From IMG/VR virus record IMGVR_UViG_3300025838_000023, positions 32,001-96,000 of that record: a stretch of 64,000 nucleotides of DNA. One strand, given 5' to 3'. Below the pieces are notes generated by a model. The model was not told where the DNA came from and did not search any database. It was given only the letters and a program-made list of their open reading frames with translations. Each line of letters opens with the position of its first letter. The first letter of the stretch is position 1. The DNA comes from a virus. Its lineage: Duplodnaviria; Caudoviricetes. Below, one piece after another: positions 10,962 through 22,637 of the stretch. The position numbers were made by a program, and so were the translations under genes.

Positions 10962-11312
10962 TCATACTGATTTTCCGACAACCACATAACCATTTTCCCA
11001 ACAAACAGTCCAAGGTTTTACTTTATTTTCGTTTTCTATATCCTTTAACATTTCAATCATCTTCAATGCTGATTCTAAACTATCAAACGATTTTCCGCCA
11101 TCAAAATCTCTCGAAAAATCTATTTGTTTTTTGTTTCCATTATATACAACAACTCCACTATAAGTTTCCCACAAATCATAGGAATACTTATATAAAAATC
11201 CCATAGGAACTTTCTTTTGTAACTGTTGTATTTTATAATAATTTTCGTTGGTTATAATACGAAAATCTCCTACTTTAGATTTCGGAACTTTATCAGAATG
11301 TATTTCAGGCAT
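10962..11312 (-). CDS. Hypothetical protein
   Basis: ORF; start MPEIH chosen because upstream codons lie in the IS end. Confidence 0.5.
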   Translation of the reverse strand: MPEIHSDKVPKSKVGDFRIITNENYYKIQQLQKKVPMGFLYKYSYDLWETYSGVVVYNGNKKQIDFSRDFDGGKSFDSLESALKMIEMLKDIENENKVKPWTVCWENGYVVVGKSV

Positions 11313-11355
11313 ATGTTTTATGTGGAGGTATATGAGATATACAAACAATAGAAGT

Positions 11356-12729
11356 TTAGTAAAAAGTATAACAATTTACAGAACTTTTATATGATTTGAA
11401 CTTAAAACCCTTATATGGATCACATTCATCTAAGGAAACTCTATATCTCTCTTTAGAGTTTTTTATATTAGAACATGTAGATATCCATTTATATTCATTA
11501 GTCAGTGAATTCTCCGTTTCCTTCCAATGGTGTAAGAATTTTGACTTAATATTAAATAAAGGAAAATACATATCTTTATTTCTACCAATTTTATACTGAA
11601 ATCCTCTTCTAGCTATTTCAATTGCTGCATTTACACAATCATAACTATTATATTGTAAGTTACCTATATAAGAACTATAAGCAGCAGTTACTTCATATAT
11701 TTTAACTCCTAAACATGGAATGTTATTTTTTAATTGATTTATTATAAGATTTCTATCCCATTTATTGTTACATAATCTATTATAATTCTTTCCTTTCTTT
11801 TTATCATTCGATTCCATTTTAAGTTCTTCTAATATACAATATTGAACTTTAAAATGTTTACATAAAGATATAATAGATTTTGATATTTCTAGAGTTTCAT
11901 GTTTTAGTTTATTATTCTTATAAATTGATTTAGGATGTGATGATTTGAATCCAGAAGAATCCGTCAGGCCGTTTAATTTATACATTTGTTTATGTATTAC
12001 TTTAAACTCATCATTTTTGAAATCTATAATAGCCAATCCAACATAATTCGGGTTTAAATCGATACCTAATATTCTTCCTTGTTTGAGTTTAGGATTTAGA
12101 ATTGAATAAGATACGGTTTCTGGTTCGTGGGTTTCAATAACTTTTAATAATTCAGGTTTATCATATGTTAGATAAATATATTCAGCATCTAGTTTAATTC
12201 CATATGAAAATAACTTCTTAGAAGAATATTTTTGTATATTTTCTAAAGTTTTCTTTATATTCTTTTTTGGAGTTAATATTTCCAGATTAAATTTCTTCTT
12301 ATTTAGTTTGAACAAAAATGAAAGTGATTCTAGGTATATTTCTATATGTCGATTTCCATTAGTTGCTATATCTCCTTGGAATTGAATTGAACGTAATTTT
12401 TTATTTGAGTATTCTTCTTTTGATATTATATTTTTAGCTCTTTTAATAAAATTTGATTTGCCACCAAAGATACATAATTTATTCTTTTCTAATTCAATAT
12501 CTGATGAATACATTCCTTTAGCTTCTATTATTGCAGTATCTAATATTCTTGAGTTCAAATTTGATATATTATTTAAATAATTCACAAGAGGTTTGATTTC
12601 TTTAGTATCTAAATTATCATAAAATCTATTATAAGCAAATCGAATTACATTAGTATATTCATTTCTAATGAGTTTTAGGTAATCATAGAACTCTTTTGAT
12701 GCTGTATATTTAAATTTTAGAGTTATCAT
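11356..12729 (-). CDS. tnpB: IS607-associated TnpB RNA-guided nuclease (no Zn finger)
   Basis: RuvC motifs ILGIDLNP, ILEEL, AAYSSYIGN..DCVNAAIEIARRG. Confidence 0.88.
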   Translation of the reverse strand: MITLKFKYTASKEFYDYLKLIRNEYTNVIRFAYNRFYDNLDTKEIKPLVNYLNNISNLNSRILDTAIIEAKGMYSSDIELEKNKLCIFGGKSNFIKRAKNIISKEEYSNKKLRSIQFQGDIATNGNRHIEIYLESLSFLFKLNKKKFNLEILTPKKNIKKTLENIQKYSSKKLFSYGIKLDAEYIYLTYDKPELLKVIETHEPETVSYSILNPKLKQGRILGIDLNPNYVGLAIIDFKNDEFKVIHKQMYKLNGLTDSSGFKSSHPKSIYKNNKLKHETLEISKSIISLCKHFKVQYCILEELKMESNDKKKGKNYNRLCNNKWDRNLIINQLKNNIPCLGVKIYEVTAAYSSYIGNLQYNSYDCVNAAIEIARRGFQYKIGRNKDMYFPLFNIKSKFLHHWKETENSLTNEYKWISTCSNIKNSKERYRVSLDECDPYKGFKFKSYKSSVNCYTFY

Positions 12730-13321
12730 TAGATATTTCTTTTTTTAGTTTATTTAATGTTCTTCTGTGAGAATACATTTTATCAGAGAAGCAATCTATA
12801 ATAGATATCAAGTCTTCTGTTAGTTCTTGTTCGTATGTTTTATTTTGTATAGTATCGTTTATTACTAATATTTTTGTTCCAAAGTATTTAAAAATTGATT
12901 CAAGGAGTTCGAATCCAAATCTGACTAATCTATCTTTATTTTCTATTATGATTAGTTCTACATTTCCTTTTATGGTTTCTTGTATTAGGTTATTGAATCC
13001 ATTTCTTTCGAAGTTCATTCCACTTTTGATATCTTCGAGTTGAGAATCTAGATGTATATTATTTAAAATACACCAATTATAAATTCTATTTGATTGTTCT
13101 TTTAGTTGGGATTTTCTATCATTGGAAGAGACTCTAGCGTATGATATATTGATCTTATTTTTCTTTTCTTTTTTTATCCCTATTAGTTTGTATACTGAGT
13201 TATCATCGTAGATGTAATGTTTATCATTGATTTTTGTGTATTTTATGTTACCATTTTTTACGTAATTATATAGAGTTTGTCTAGTTACGTTTAACAGTTT
13301 CATTACTTCTTTTGATTTCAT
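12710..13321 (-). CDS. tnpA: IS607 serine recombinase TnpA
   Basis: N-terminal MerR-like HTH; YARVSS, DIKSG, ENKDRLVRFGFE, ELTEDLISII. Confidence 0.93.
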   Translation of the reverse strand: MKSKEVMKLLNVTRQTLYNYVKNGNIKYTKINDKHYIYDDNSVYKLIGIKKEKKNKINISYARVSSNDRKSQLKEQSNRIYNWCILNNIHLDSQLEDIKSGMNFERNGFNNLIQETIKGNVELIIIENKDRLVRFGFELLESIFKYFGTKILVINDTIQNKTYEQELTEDLISIIDCFSDKMYSHRRTLNKLKKEISNDNSKI

Positions 13322-13431
13322 TCTAATTATATTTAACCATTTTTGTATAAAAAACTTGATTTGTTTTTATTTTATTTTATAAATTTATGGAAAATATGTT
13401 GACATTTCTATCATATGCCTCCATAATCTAA

Positions 13432-14850
13432 TTAGAGTTCTGCGTTTTTCCGAACTTCATCAAAAGTGTATGTTTTCAACATCATACCATTTTCAAAAAC
13501 AGTAACCAATTGACTTTCTCTATCTCCTAAATCCTTTTCTGGAATAGTTTGGTATTTTCCGTTTTCATCTTTAATAAGTTCCAATCTTCCCTTTTTCGAC
13601 ATCTTACCTTTATCATCAACAGGGTCTTTATATACTTCCACCCATTCATCTCCAAGCTTTGCAGCAGAACACTTAAATGCAAACTTTTGATCATCTCTCG
13701 AATGTCCCTGCAATAATTGGCCCCCCATTCCGAAGATAATACAATCAGTCGAATATCCATTATTAGTTACACAGTCAAGAATATATTTGATAGTTTCATG
13801 GCATAATCCATCACCATAGATCACTCCTATCTTTGGATTTAACACTTTATACCCTTTACTATTTATGGTATGTCCAAAGTATTTATCCAATTCTCGAATA
13901 ACACGAATGGAGGTTTCAACAGGATCACCACTATCAGGACGAACTACAAACTTTGCAAATCCTGTTTTTTGTCCACGATTAAGAATAGGCAATTTTAATT
14001 CTGTACCAAAAAATTCAATAGCCTTCCAAATATTATAACTATCAGATACAACACTTAATATTCCTTCTGGATATTCCTCAACAAATCTACGATATGCATC
14101 AAATTCGTGCTCTCTACCATAGATGCAAGTCGTTGAATGTTCTGTAGCCGCTACCGAATGTCCAACTCCCTTATCTGCACCATAATATCTTCGTGCATAT
14201 ACAATACCTTGAAGTGTATCAGTTCCTTTGAAATTTACTAGATGTGCGCTACCACCAATTCCAGCACTTTCCACACTAGAAACCCCACGGAATCCAAAAC
14301 AATTCAAATGAAAAGGAGAAACACCAGTATCACTACTAAACTTTGCGTATTGCCCTATGGTTTTTTTAATTTGATAACTTGTCGAACAAACCGAAATCGG
14401 GTACCATATTTCGTGTAAGACCGTTTCAGACCAATTGGTAAGCCATGCCAATTCTTCATCAGTAGATTCTACAATCACTAAAACATTCCGAGTTCCAACT
14501 ACTGATCCTTCTCTTACTGCACGAATTTTTATAGGCAATTTACCACCATGAACTTCAAGAATTCTTTCCCAACCTTTACGATTGAAATATTCATGAGTAA
14601 AAAATACATCACCCAAAATATCATCAGCATCATCAAGCATCCAAGGCTCGACAACAACACCAGAGAAATATTTCTCTAATACCATTTGTAGTCCGAAAAA
14701 TACCGTTTCGTCATATTTTCCTCCCCTACTTTCCAAATAACTATAAATTACTTTAGTGTTTTTTGGATATTGCAACCAATGTGTTTCCTTATAAGCATCT
14801 GCCAAAAGGATCGTGTTTTCTGTTCGTCTTGTCATATTATCTTTTATCAT
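13432..14850 (-). CDS. nadV: Nicotinamide phosphoribosyltransferase (NAMPT)
   Basis: DAYKETHWLQYP, FGFRG, HLVNFKGTDT, ATEHS, VSDSY, VRPDSGDP, FGMGG. Confidence 0.93.
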   Translation of the reverse strand: MIKDNMTRRTENTILLADAYKETHWLQYPKNTKVIYSYLESRGGKYDETVFFGLQMVLEKYFSGVVVEPWMLDDADDILGDVFFTHEYFNRKGWERILEVHGGKLPIKIRAVREGSVVGTRNVLVIVESTDEELAWLTNWSETVLHEIWYPISVCSTSYQIKKTIGQYAKFSSDTGVSPFHLNCFGFRGVSSVESAGIGGSAHLVNFKGTDTLQGIVYARRYYGADKGVGHSVAATEHSTTCIYGREHEFDAYRRFVEEYPEGILSVVSDSYNIWKAIEFFGTELKLPILNRGQKTGFAKFVVRPDSGDPVETSIRVIRELDKYFGHTINSKGYKVLNPKIGVIYGDGLCHETIKYILDCVTNNGYSTDCIIFGMGGQLLQGHSRDDQKFAFKCSAAKLGDEWVEVYKDPVDDKGKMSKKGRLELIKDENGKYQTIPEKDLGDRESQLVTVFENGMMLKTYTFDEVRKNAEL

Positions 14851-14878
14851 ATGTTTTATTTTTGTTTTGTGTTTTAGC

Positions 14879-14897
14879 GACCTATCTTTATCAGGTC
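14879..14897 (-). promoter_or_regulatory. Hairpin GACCTGATAAAGATAGGTC upstream of nadV
   Basis: Near-identical to the hairpin upstream of NadM-Nudix. Confidence 0.5.
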
Positions 14898-14950
14898 AAA
14901 ATCTTAATTTTTAATATTATATCAAATTTCTAACTGTTTGTAAGTTTTAT

Positions 14951-15862
14951 TTAGATGATTCCCTTTTCCATCATCATTTCAATAAGAGGGTGATGAACAT
15001 TTTCAATAATGTTCTTATAATCCTTTTTTATATCAGCAGTTTTAATCCATTTCACAAAAGCTACATCATCCCCACCTTCAGGTCTTCCATAGATGTATTT
15101 TGTTTGAAATAATGCAGTTTTTACTTTATCCATTTCATTTCGATATCTAAAGTCATTGGTAAGCAAACTACCCACATATTGAATATCACCAACTTCAACA
15201 TTAGCTTCTTCCATTGCTTCTTTCGCAACATCAAATTCCAAGCTAGTAGAAGTTGGCTCCGAAAAACCGCCTACGAACCTCCAGTTTCTTTCTTGGGGTT
15301 TCTGTGCCATAAGCATTTCTGTTTTATCCTCGTTAAAGATAATAACATCTACAGCTTGATATGCAGTAGGATACCGACTTCCAGTTGCAGCAATCAATCC
15401 TGCTCTATAATCTTTTGTGGGAGGATAGTTATTAATTACTTGTCTACGAACTTCAGAACCAGAAACAAACAATTCAGGTTCCAATTCGCAAGTGGTATAA
15501 CTTCCTTTGTAATATGGCAAAAATGAATCACGACTACCATACAAAGTTACTGTTTGCATTGGCTGCGTCCATTTCTTAATTTGAGAATCGAGATTTTTAC
15601 TCCACAATTCATCACTTGGAACATCCTCAATATAGTATATATCAAGTGAAGGAAATGTTTCGAGAATCATTGCTTTCCTCGAACGAAAATCCAAAGGGTT
15701 GTTATAAGTATTACGCAATGGACTCAATCCTAGAAATAGGATAATCTTTTCATGCCTATCTAGAACTGTTTGTATCAAATCTCTATGGGCTAAATGTAAT
15801 TCATGCACCATAAATCTACCAACAATTACACCAACATCAGTTTTATTAATTTTTTCTTTCAT
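14951..15862 (-). CDS. nadM: Bifunctional NMN adenylyltransferase / Nudix hydrolase (NadM-Nudix)
   Basis: IVGRF..HLAH (HxGH-like), NPLDF, SGSEVR; Nudix box GG..KEAMEEAN; GGDD. Confidence 0.9.
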   Translation of the reverse strand: MKEKINKTDVGVIVGRFMVHELHLAHRDLIQTVLDRHEKIILFLGLSPLRNTYNNPLDFRSRKAMILETFPSLDIYYIEDVPSDELWSKNLDSQIKKWTQPMQTVTLYGSRDSFLPYYKGSYTTCELEPELFVSGSEVRRQVINNYPPTKDYRAGLIAATGSRYPTAYQAVDVIIFNEDKTEMLMAQKPQERNWRFVGGFSEPTSTSLEFDVAKEAMEEANVEVGDIQYVGSLLTNDFRYRNEMDKVKTALFQTKYIYGRPEGGDDVAFVKWIKTADIKKDYKNIIENVHHPLIEMMMEKGII

Positions 15863-15868
15863 AATTTT

Positions 15869-15886
15869 ACCTTATCTTTATCAGGT
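15869..15886 (-). promoter_or_regulatory. Hairpin ACCTGATAAAGATAAGGT immediately upstream of nadM
   Basis: Repeat of the 14879 motif; 3' arm contains SD-like AAGGT. Confidence 0.5.
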
Positions 15887-16034
15887 TTGTTATATTTTTT
15901 GCAACAACTTCCATCTATATCGGTTATTGTTACGTTTTTATTTATCCTGTTTTTATCAACTTTCAACATCTTATCAGAAAAAAATTTTTAAGTCAACAAA
16001 AATATATTCCACTGAAAGTTTGCAAAAAGACAAA

Positions 16035-16838
16035 CTATTTTTTATAATTTTTGAACTTTTGCAAAATTGGGAATCCTAAGTTCAAACCACCAAACATAAG
16101 CAAGGCGATAGTAACGTTTGGTTCAGGAGTTTGTGCAATATAAGATTCTTGAGTTCCATTAATCGTTTCAAAAATAACACCAGGCAACGTTCCATCAGTA
16201 TTAACATTGTATGCCTCTACTCTAGAAGTGAAATTATCCGCTTCAAATCCAGTAGCAAGTGAATTTTTTATAACAATAGATTTCCATGATGTATCCGTAG
16301 TTCCGAAAAAATTAATAAAGGCAAATGGTTCTCCCGCATCTTTTCCTTCATTATATCCAGAATTCGGATTACCATAATAACTTTTTGGAAGGGTTTTAAG
16401 TAGGTTTGTTGTTGTGAATTGTGCTACCAAATTTCCTGTTCCATTCGCTCCACTATAGAAATCTAAAACATTTTCTTTATCTCCTGCTGACCACCAAAAT
16501 CCAAAATACGAACTTGGGGTATTCAAAGTTAAAGTAGATTTTGTATTCACATCAACACCAACTACCATGTAATTTGTATTATTTGCTCCACCATAAGGTC
16601 CAGCACTAACAATATTCAGATTATCAAAGGTTCCTACTCCTGCCCATGTTAAAGCTGTATCGTTTGTTGAAGTATGATAACCAGTAGCAATATTATCAAA
16701 AGTTAAAACAGACGAATTGACAATACTGGATGTTTCTGATCCAGCCTTTTCTGCATAAGTGACAATAACAGTAGCTTTTGCTGAAATTGTCAATATCGCA
16801 AATAATCCTATAATCAAAGTAATAATTCTATTTCTCAT
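16035..16838 (-). CDS. Secreted PEP-CTERM (exosortase-sorted) surface protein
   Basis: Signal peptide; YFGFWWSAGD..N; C-terminal TPEP + TM helix + basic tail. Confidence 0.8.
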   Translation of the reverse strand: MRNRIITLIIGLFAILTISAKATVIVTYAEKAGSETSSIVNSSVLTFDNIATGYHTSTNDTALTWAGVGTFDNLNIVSAGPYGGANNTNYMVVGVDVNTKSTLTLNTPSSYFGFWWSAGDKENVLDFYSGANGTGNLVAQFTTTNLLKTLPKSYYGNPNSGYNEGKDAGEPFAFINFFGTTDTSWKSIVIKNSLATGFEADNFTSRVEAYNVNTDGTLPGVIFETINGTQESYIAQTPEPNVTIALLMFGGLNLGFPILQKFKNYKK

Positions 16839-16881
16839 ATGTAATATTTATCATATTATCACACTTTTAAAATACGTCAAT

Positions 16882-16918
16882 AAAAAACTCCATTATGCTA
16901 AAAACATAATGGAGTTTT
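16882..16918. terminator. Intrinsic terminator after groEL (bidirectional)
   Basis: aaaaaactccattatg-loop-cataatggagtttt. Confidence 0.75.
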
Positions 16919-16937
16919 ATCTATATATCAGTTGCTA

Positions 16938-18566
<1,629 letters not shown>

Positions 18567-18617
18567 ATTTGTATTTGTTTATATTTTAACGTATATTACT
18601 TTAAAATCAAATTATTT

Positions 18618-19262
18618 TTAAATATTATTGTTGAAGAAAAATAAAATTTCATCATCTTTATGTTTAGTATCAGTATATGTGTCGTTTATTTTTCCGAATA
18701 AATGTTTAAATGCGTTCTTAAAAAGTTCTATCTTTTTCGTTTCGCCTTTTCTAACCACAAAAAACACAACATCTGGTGAAATATTTCCATTATTATACAT
18801 ACTATCAACAATGGCTCTCCTTACTCCACTTATAACAGAAAATGCATAATTTCCAACATTATTTGTAGTATGCACATTTTCATATTCATCTATAAAATTA
18901 ATATTCATTATAGGATATTTTGTATTATCTATTGCACTTTTTAACTCTAGTATTTTCGATTTATCATTTAAATTTGAAACCAAAGCACTTAATACCCATC
19001 CTTCAACCATATCCTTTGATTTGTAATTTATAAATACTCTATAGTTTAATCCATTTGTAGTTGTTACTTTATATTCATCTGATTTTTTTGAAGATGATAT
19101 TTTTTCAAAAGATTCATATAATGGAGAATAATTTTGTTCACAGAAGAAATAATACTTCCAAAATTCACTCCAATTAAAATTTTCTACATTCTCACATAGA
19201 AGATAGTCCGTTGATTTTGCTTTAGATTGCTCGTATATTATTTCCAATTCTTTATATTTCAT
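18618..19262 (-). CDS. Hypothetical protein, paralogue of 28645-29328
   Basis: Shared Y+V..NG..F.D..T pattern. Confidence 0.55.
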   Translation of the reverse strand: MKYKELEIIYEQSKAKSTDYLLCENVENFNWSEFWKYYFFCEQNYSPLYESFEKISSSKKSDEYKVTTTNGLNYRVFINYKSKDMVEGWVLSALVSNLNDKSKILELKSAIDNTKYPIMNINFIDEYENVHTTNNVGNYAFSVISGVRRAIVDSMYNNGNISPDVVFFVVRKGETKKIELFKNAFKHLFGKINDTYTDTKHKDDEILFFFNNNI

Positions 19263-19270
19263 AACTCTTC

Positions 19271-19978
19271 TTATAATAATCGCAAATTCTTCGGTGGAAT
19301 ATTTTTAGTTGTGAATACGCCAAAAATCCCCCGTTCCAGTAATATCGTAGTATCATCAAGATAATAAGTATCATCAGGAACATAATCAGTAACTAAAACA
19401 TTCATATGTTTTGGATCAATTTCTTTATCTCTTGCTAAAACATTGCGCATAGAAGATAAAATTACTGAAGTTTGTATTTGTGTTTTCTTAGGAATCCATA
19501 TCAAATAAATTCTGTTATCAGGATGATCAAATATTGTCTGCGAACTTTTTGGCGTTAATCCTATTTTAGAAATCTTATCAATGAATTTATCTCTGGTAAT
19601 ATGATATAATTTCATATCTCCTATATTTTCTATAATCGAATTCATTTTAACTGGATATTTAGGCTCCAATTGCAATTGCTTTTCGCTTATATATGCTAAT
19701 GAATTGGTATATCCATATAATGACAATATACAATCTAGTTTTTTCGTTTCTTCTGACGATAAAGGAGAGATAAGTTCAATATTTACCGTGAATATTTTGC
19801 CATATTTTGTGCTGGTTAGTTCATTGGGTAGAATAGGATAATCAATATTTAATATTTTAGTTTTTAATATCCTTTTTACATTGTCTACTAATTTAGAAGT
19901 ATCCCAAGAAGCAATTAAACCTTCAGATATGAACTTTGTATTTAACTCTTCTTTTAGATATGTTTTAAACGTTTTCAT
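19271..19978 (-). CDS. ART-fold / KptA(Tpt1)-like domain protein with capsid-targeting-like N-terminus
   Basis: MKTFKTYLKEE; LYHIT..I..IGLTP..NRIYL..IPP. Confidence 0.55.
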   Translation of the reverse strand: MKTFKTYLKEELNTKFISEGLIASWDTSKLVDNVKRILKTKILNIDYPILPNELTSTKYGKIFTVNIELISPLSSEETKKLDCILSLYGYTNSLAYISEKQLQLEPKYPVKMNSIIENIGDMKLYHITRDKFIDKISKIGLTPKSSQTIFDHPDNRIYLIWIPKKTQIQTSVILSSMRNVLARDKEIDPKHMNVLVTDYVPDDTYYLDDTTILLERGIFGVFTTKNIPPKNLRLL

Positions 19979-20009
19979 TATCTATATTATATCCTTAAAT
20001 TACAAAACA

Positions 20010-20396
20010 TCAAGAAATTTCCGCAAGCCATTCAAATTTGTCCTCTTTCACTGAGGGATGATTTGGGGATATTTTGCGAATTATTTCTTTAACTTTCTCG
20101 ATAATAACATCACCATGACATTTTTTAGGATAGCACCAACAAAGCAATCGAATTCTCTCACCATTCACCACTCGTAATGCAAGTTCTTCAGTGGCTTGTA
20201 ATCGCTCCACGTTGTCACTGTAGGCGTTTTTATATGCTTCTATTACTCTGATGCGTTCTGCCTTAGTTTTATCAGTGGTGCGGAAAGGATTACCAAAAAT
20301 AGGATTAGTTCTATCAATATAAATTACAGTTTCTCCTATTTCAGGCTTTGATAAACTATTTTCTCTTTGATTTCCTAATTTGATATAACCTTCCAT
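20010..20396 (-). CDS. DUF4326-like protein
   Basis: IDR..FGNPF..LLCWCYPKKCHGDVI. Confidence 0.8.
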   Translation of the reverse strand: MEGYIKLGNQRENSLSKPEIGETVIYIDRTNPIFGNPFRTTDKTKAERIRVIEAYKNAYSDNVERLQATEELALRVVNGERIRLLCWCYPKKCHGDVIIEKVKEIIRKISPNHPSVKEDKFEWLAEIS

Positions 20397-20399
20397 ATT

Positions 20400-20900
20400 T
20401 CATGAAGATAATGAATTCAACAAAGAATGTATCTTATAATTTTCTGCTGGTTCCAATCCCATAGAATCTCTTAGTTCTTGTTCACTTTCCGCTCTACATA
20501 AACGATACTTCAATGGAATGTTCTTCATGAAATTGGGAGTTATTAAAATGTTACTAATAATTCTTATTTTTTGAAAGTCAGGCAAATAAACAAAATCTCC
20601 ATCAGCGTCAATTAAGATATATGCAGCTTCTTTCTCGCTATATTCGCAAACATAAACATATCCTGCGGCTGCTCTATATAGAATATCTCCTTCATATATT
20701 TCTTTTCCGTTTATATCTTTAACTCCTGTATATTGTTGTATTATTGCATCATCAGAATTAAAACAATGATATAACAATTCTTTATTACCATTGGAATTTA
20801 ATGTATAACTAAAATCCCTATAAAATAAATTTAAAGAATCAAAAAACAAAAAAGATTGCCATTCTGGATGCCACGCTCTAAATTTAAAATCTCTTTTCAT
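20400..20900 (-). CDS. YopX-family protein
   Basis: KFRAW..QQYTGVKDINGKEIYEGDI. Confidence 0.85.
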   Translation of the reverse strand: MKRDFKFRAWHPEWQSFLFFDSLNLFYRDFSYTLNSNGNKELLYHCFNSDDAIIQQYTGVKDINGKEIYEGDILYRAAAGYVYVCEYSEKEAAYILIDADGDFVYLPDFQKIRIISNILITPNFMKNIPLKYRLCRAESEQELRDSMGLEPAENYKIHSLLNSLSS

Positions 20901-21073
20901 ATTATTCTTTAAAAATTACAAATACTGTTATATAGATACCTAGAACCATTCCTATAATTGCTGTTAAAATTGCTGCTGATCCTTCGATATAATGTCCTCC
21001 TAACAATCCTCCACCAGCACACAAAAAGAATGTTAATAAAAATCCTAAAATTAATTTAAATATAGATTTCATA

Positions 21074-21274
21074 TTAATATTCCGTTACTTCGCATTTATC
21101 TTGATCAAATGTTGCATAGAATTTTTGACCTTTTTTATTTGTAACATATCCAGCATAGAATGGATTGTCGGTATAAAAACCATCATCTTGTGATTTCACT
21201 GTGAATTCATAACCTTTTGGAAGATTAAAAAAGGTATCTTTTTCTTTTAATTTAACTCTCATATTAATATCCAA
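21074..21274 (-). CDS. Hypothetical protein
   Basis: ORF. Confidence 0.5.
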   Translation of the reverse strand: MDINMRVKLKEKDTFFNLPKGYEFTVKSQDDGFYTDNPFYAGYVTNKKGQKFYATFDQDKCEVTEY

Positions 21275-21515
21275 ATCTTGTTAATACTTCTTCTGCGGTG
21301 ATTTGATGTATCCGTATCGCTTTTGTCAATTCTGATATAGCATCCATTGCATCACATAATTCAATTTTAGCTTCTTTCTCTGTTAATTCTGAAACTTCTT
21401 TTATTCCATTATTACTATAACGATTAATATCATCAACTTGATAATTTGCAATACGTTTTTCATATTGAGACTTCGAAACTTCTGAAATTGGTTTGTTTAA
21501 TTTTTTTGTTATCAT
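21264..21515 (-). CDS. Hypothetical protein
   Basis: ORF with sigma70-like promoter upstream. Confidence 0.5.
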   Translation of the reverse strand: MITKKLNKPISEVSKSQYEKRIANYQVDDINRYSNNGIKEVSELTEKEAKIELCDAMDAISELTKAIRIHQITAEEVLTRFGY

Positions 21516-21555
21516 ATTTCTATATTATACCATATAATAAAAATTGTCAATAAAA

Positions 21556-21795
21556 TTATTCTTTCCACCAAGAATCATCATTATCTTCTTGATGTTTTTC
21601 GATTTCTTTATCAAGTTCTTCAAATTTTTCGTCGATTAGTATAGTTTCACCCTCTAATGCAGCTAATCTTATCAACAGATTATCTAACTTTTTCTGATTT
21701 ATTTTCTTTGCACTATTAATTTCTTTTATAAATTCTTTTACTGTAAATAATGCTTCATCTAAATCCGCTGATAATGATTTAATTTTGTTTTCCAT
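21556..21795 (-). CDS. Hypothetical coiled-coil protein
   Basis: ORF. Confidence 0.5.
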   Translation of the reverse strand: MENKIKSLSADLDEALFTVKEFIKEINSAKKINQKKLDNLLIRLAALEGETILIDEKFEELDKEIEKHQEDNDDSWWKE

Positions 21796-21819
21796 GTTTT
21801 GTAATAATTCTAAAAAAAA

Positions 21820-22485
21820 TTAATAATAAAATTTAATTCGTTTATCGAAATTTGCAATATTTTCTGTAGTTTCCCAATAAGATTCTGCGTTATTTAGTTT
21901 ATAAGGAATTTCTTTACCATTTGCAATAATATTAACTACTTTTCCTTGTTGTATGAAATATTTTGCTAAATTCTGATAAAACTTTTTACCTTTTTTATTA
22001 GCTACTGCATCTGATTCTATACCCAAGAAATGTTTAGAGTAATAATCCATAATTAATCCTCGAACCAAACCTAAAACAGAATCAATTTGCCACAACCCAC
22101 CAATTTCCATTATATTACCTTTTGGGTTATATTTTATAAATGCTGAAATAATCTCCCAAGGCGATTCTCCACTAATAAAGAAATCCCAAATATATCCTTC
22201 AGAAATTATTCTATATAAATCATAACTTTTATCATTAATAGTTAAATTCTCAACGTATTCGCTATCTCTTATCCTTTCTACTGCCCAACTATGATTTAAT
22301 TCTTTATTATTTAAAAAATCAAAATATTCGGATTCGTAATATAGAGGAGATTCAAATACAGGAATTCTATTAATAGGAACATTTTTGTCTTTTTCTGCTT
22401 CTTCATTTAATTGATTTATCGTAAAATCAAAATAATCATTAACACTTTTTCCTTTAAATTTGCTTGTGTATATATTTAACTTCAT
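21820..22485 (-). CDS. Hypothetical protein, ESP...SD..G..F/W family (paralogue of 58336-60031)
   Basis: FESP, GLWQ, DYY, ESD..KGKKFY, YW..RIK. Confidence 0.6.
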   Translation of the reverse strand: MKLNIYTSKFKGKSVNDYFDFTINQLNEEAEKDKNVPINRIPVFESPLYYESEYFDFLNNKELNHSWAVERIRDSEYVENLTINDKSYDLYRIISEGYIWDFFISGESPWEIISAFIKYNPKGNIMEIGGLWQIDSVLGLVRGLIMDYYSKHFLGIESDAVANKKGKKFYQNLAKYFIQQGKVVNIIANGKEIPYKLNNAESYWETTENIANFDKRIKFYY

Positions 22486-22637
22486 ATCATTTCCCGCTTT
22501 TACTCATACGAATTTTAATACAATCCCACATAGTTGGAAGATTTGGTTGTAAGAGTTCCGCCTTGGATGGAATAATTAAAACTCCCACAACTAATAATAT
22601 TCCGATTACAATAATTAAAATTTCCGATTTATTCATA

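Larger units (their letters stand above)
11323..13423 (-). mobile_element. IS607-family element (tnpA + tnpB)
   Basis: Serine-recombinase tnpA overlapping tnpB; imperfect inverted repeat tggagg(t/c)atatga at 11323-11335 and 13411-13423. Confidence 0.85.

Noticed and set aside
12712-12729. 12-nt match between the tnpB start and the mini-A right end (tagagttatcat)
   Set aside because: Short and AT-rich, likely chance.
11356-12729. Cas12f / type V CRISPR effector
   Set aside because: Overlaps IS607 tnpA and has no array, so it is called TnpB.
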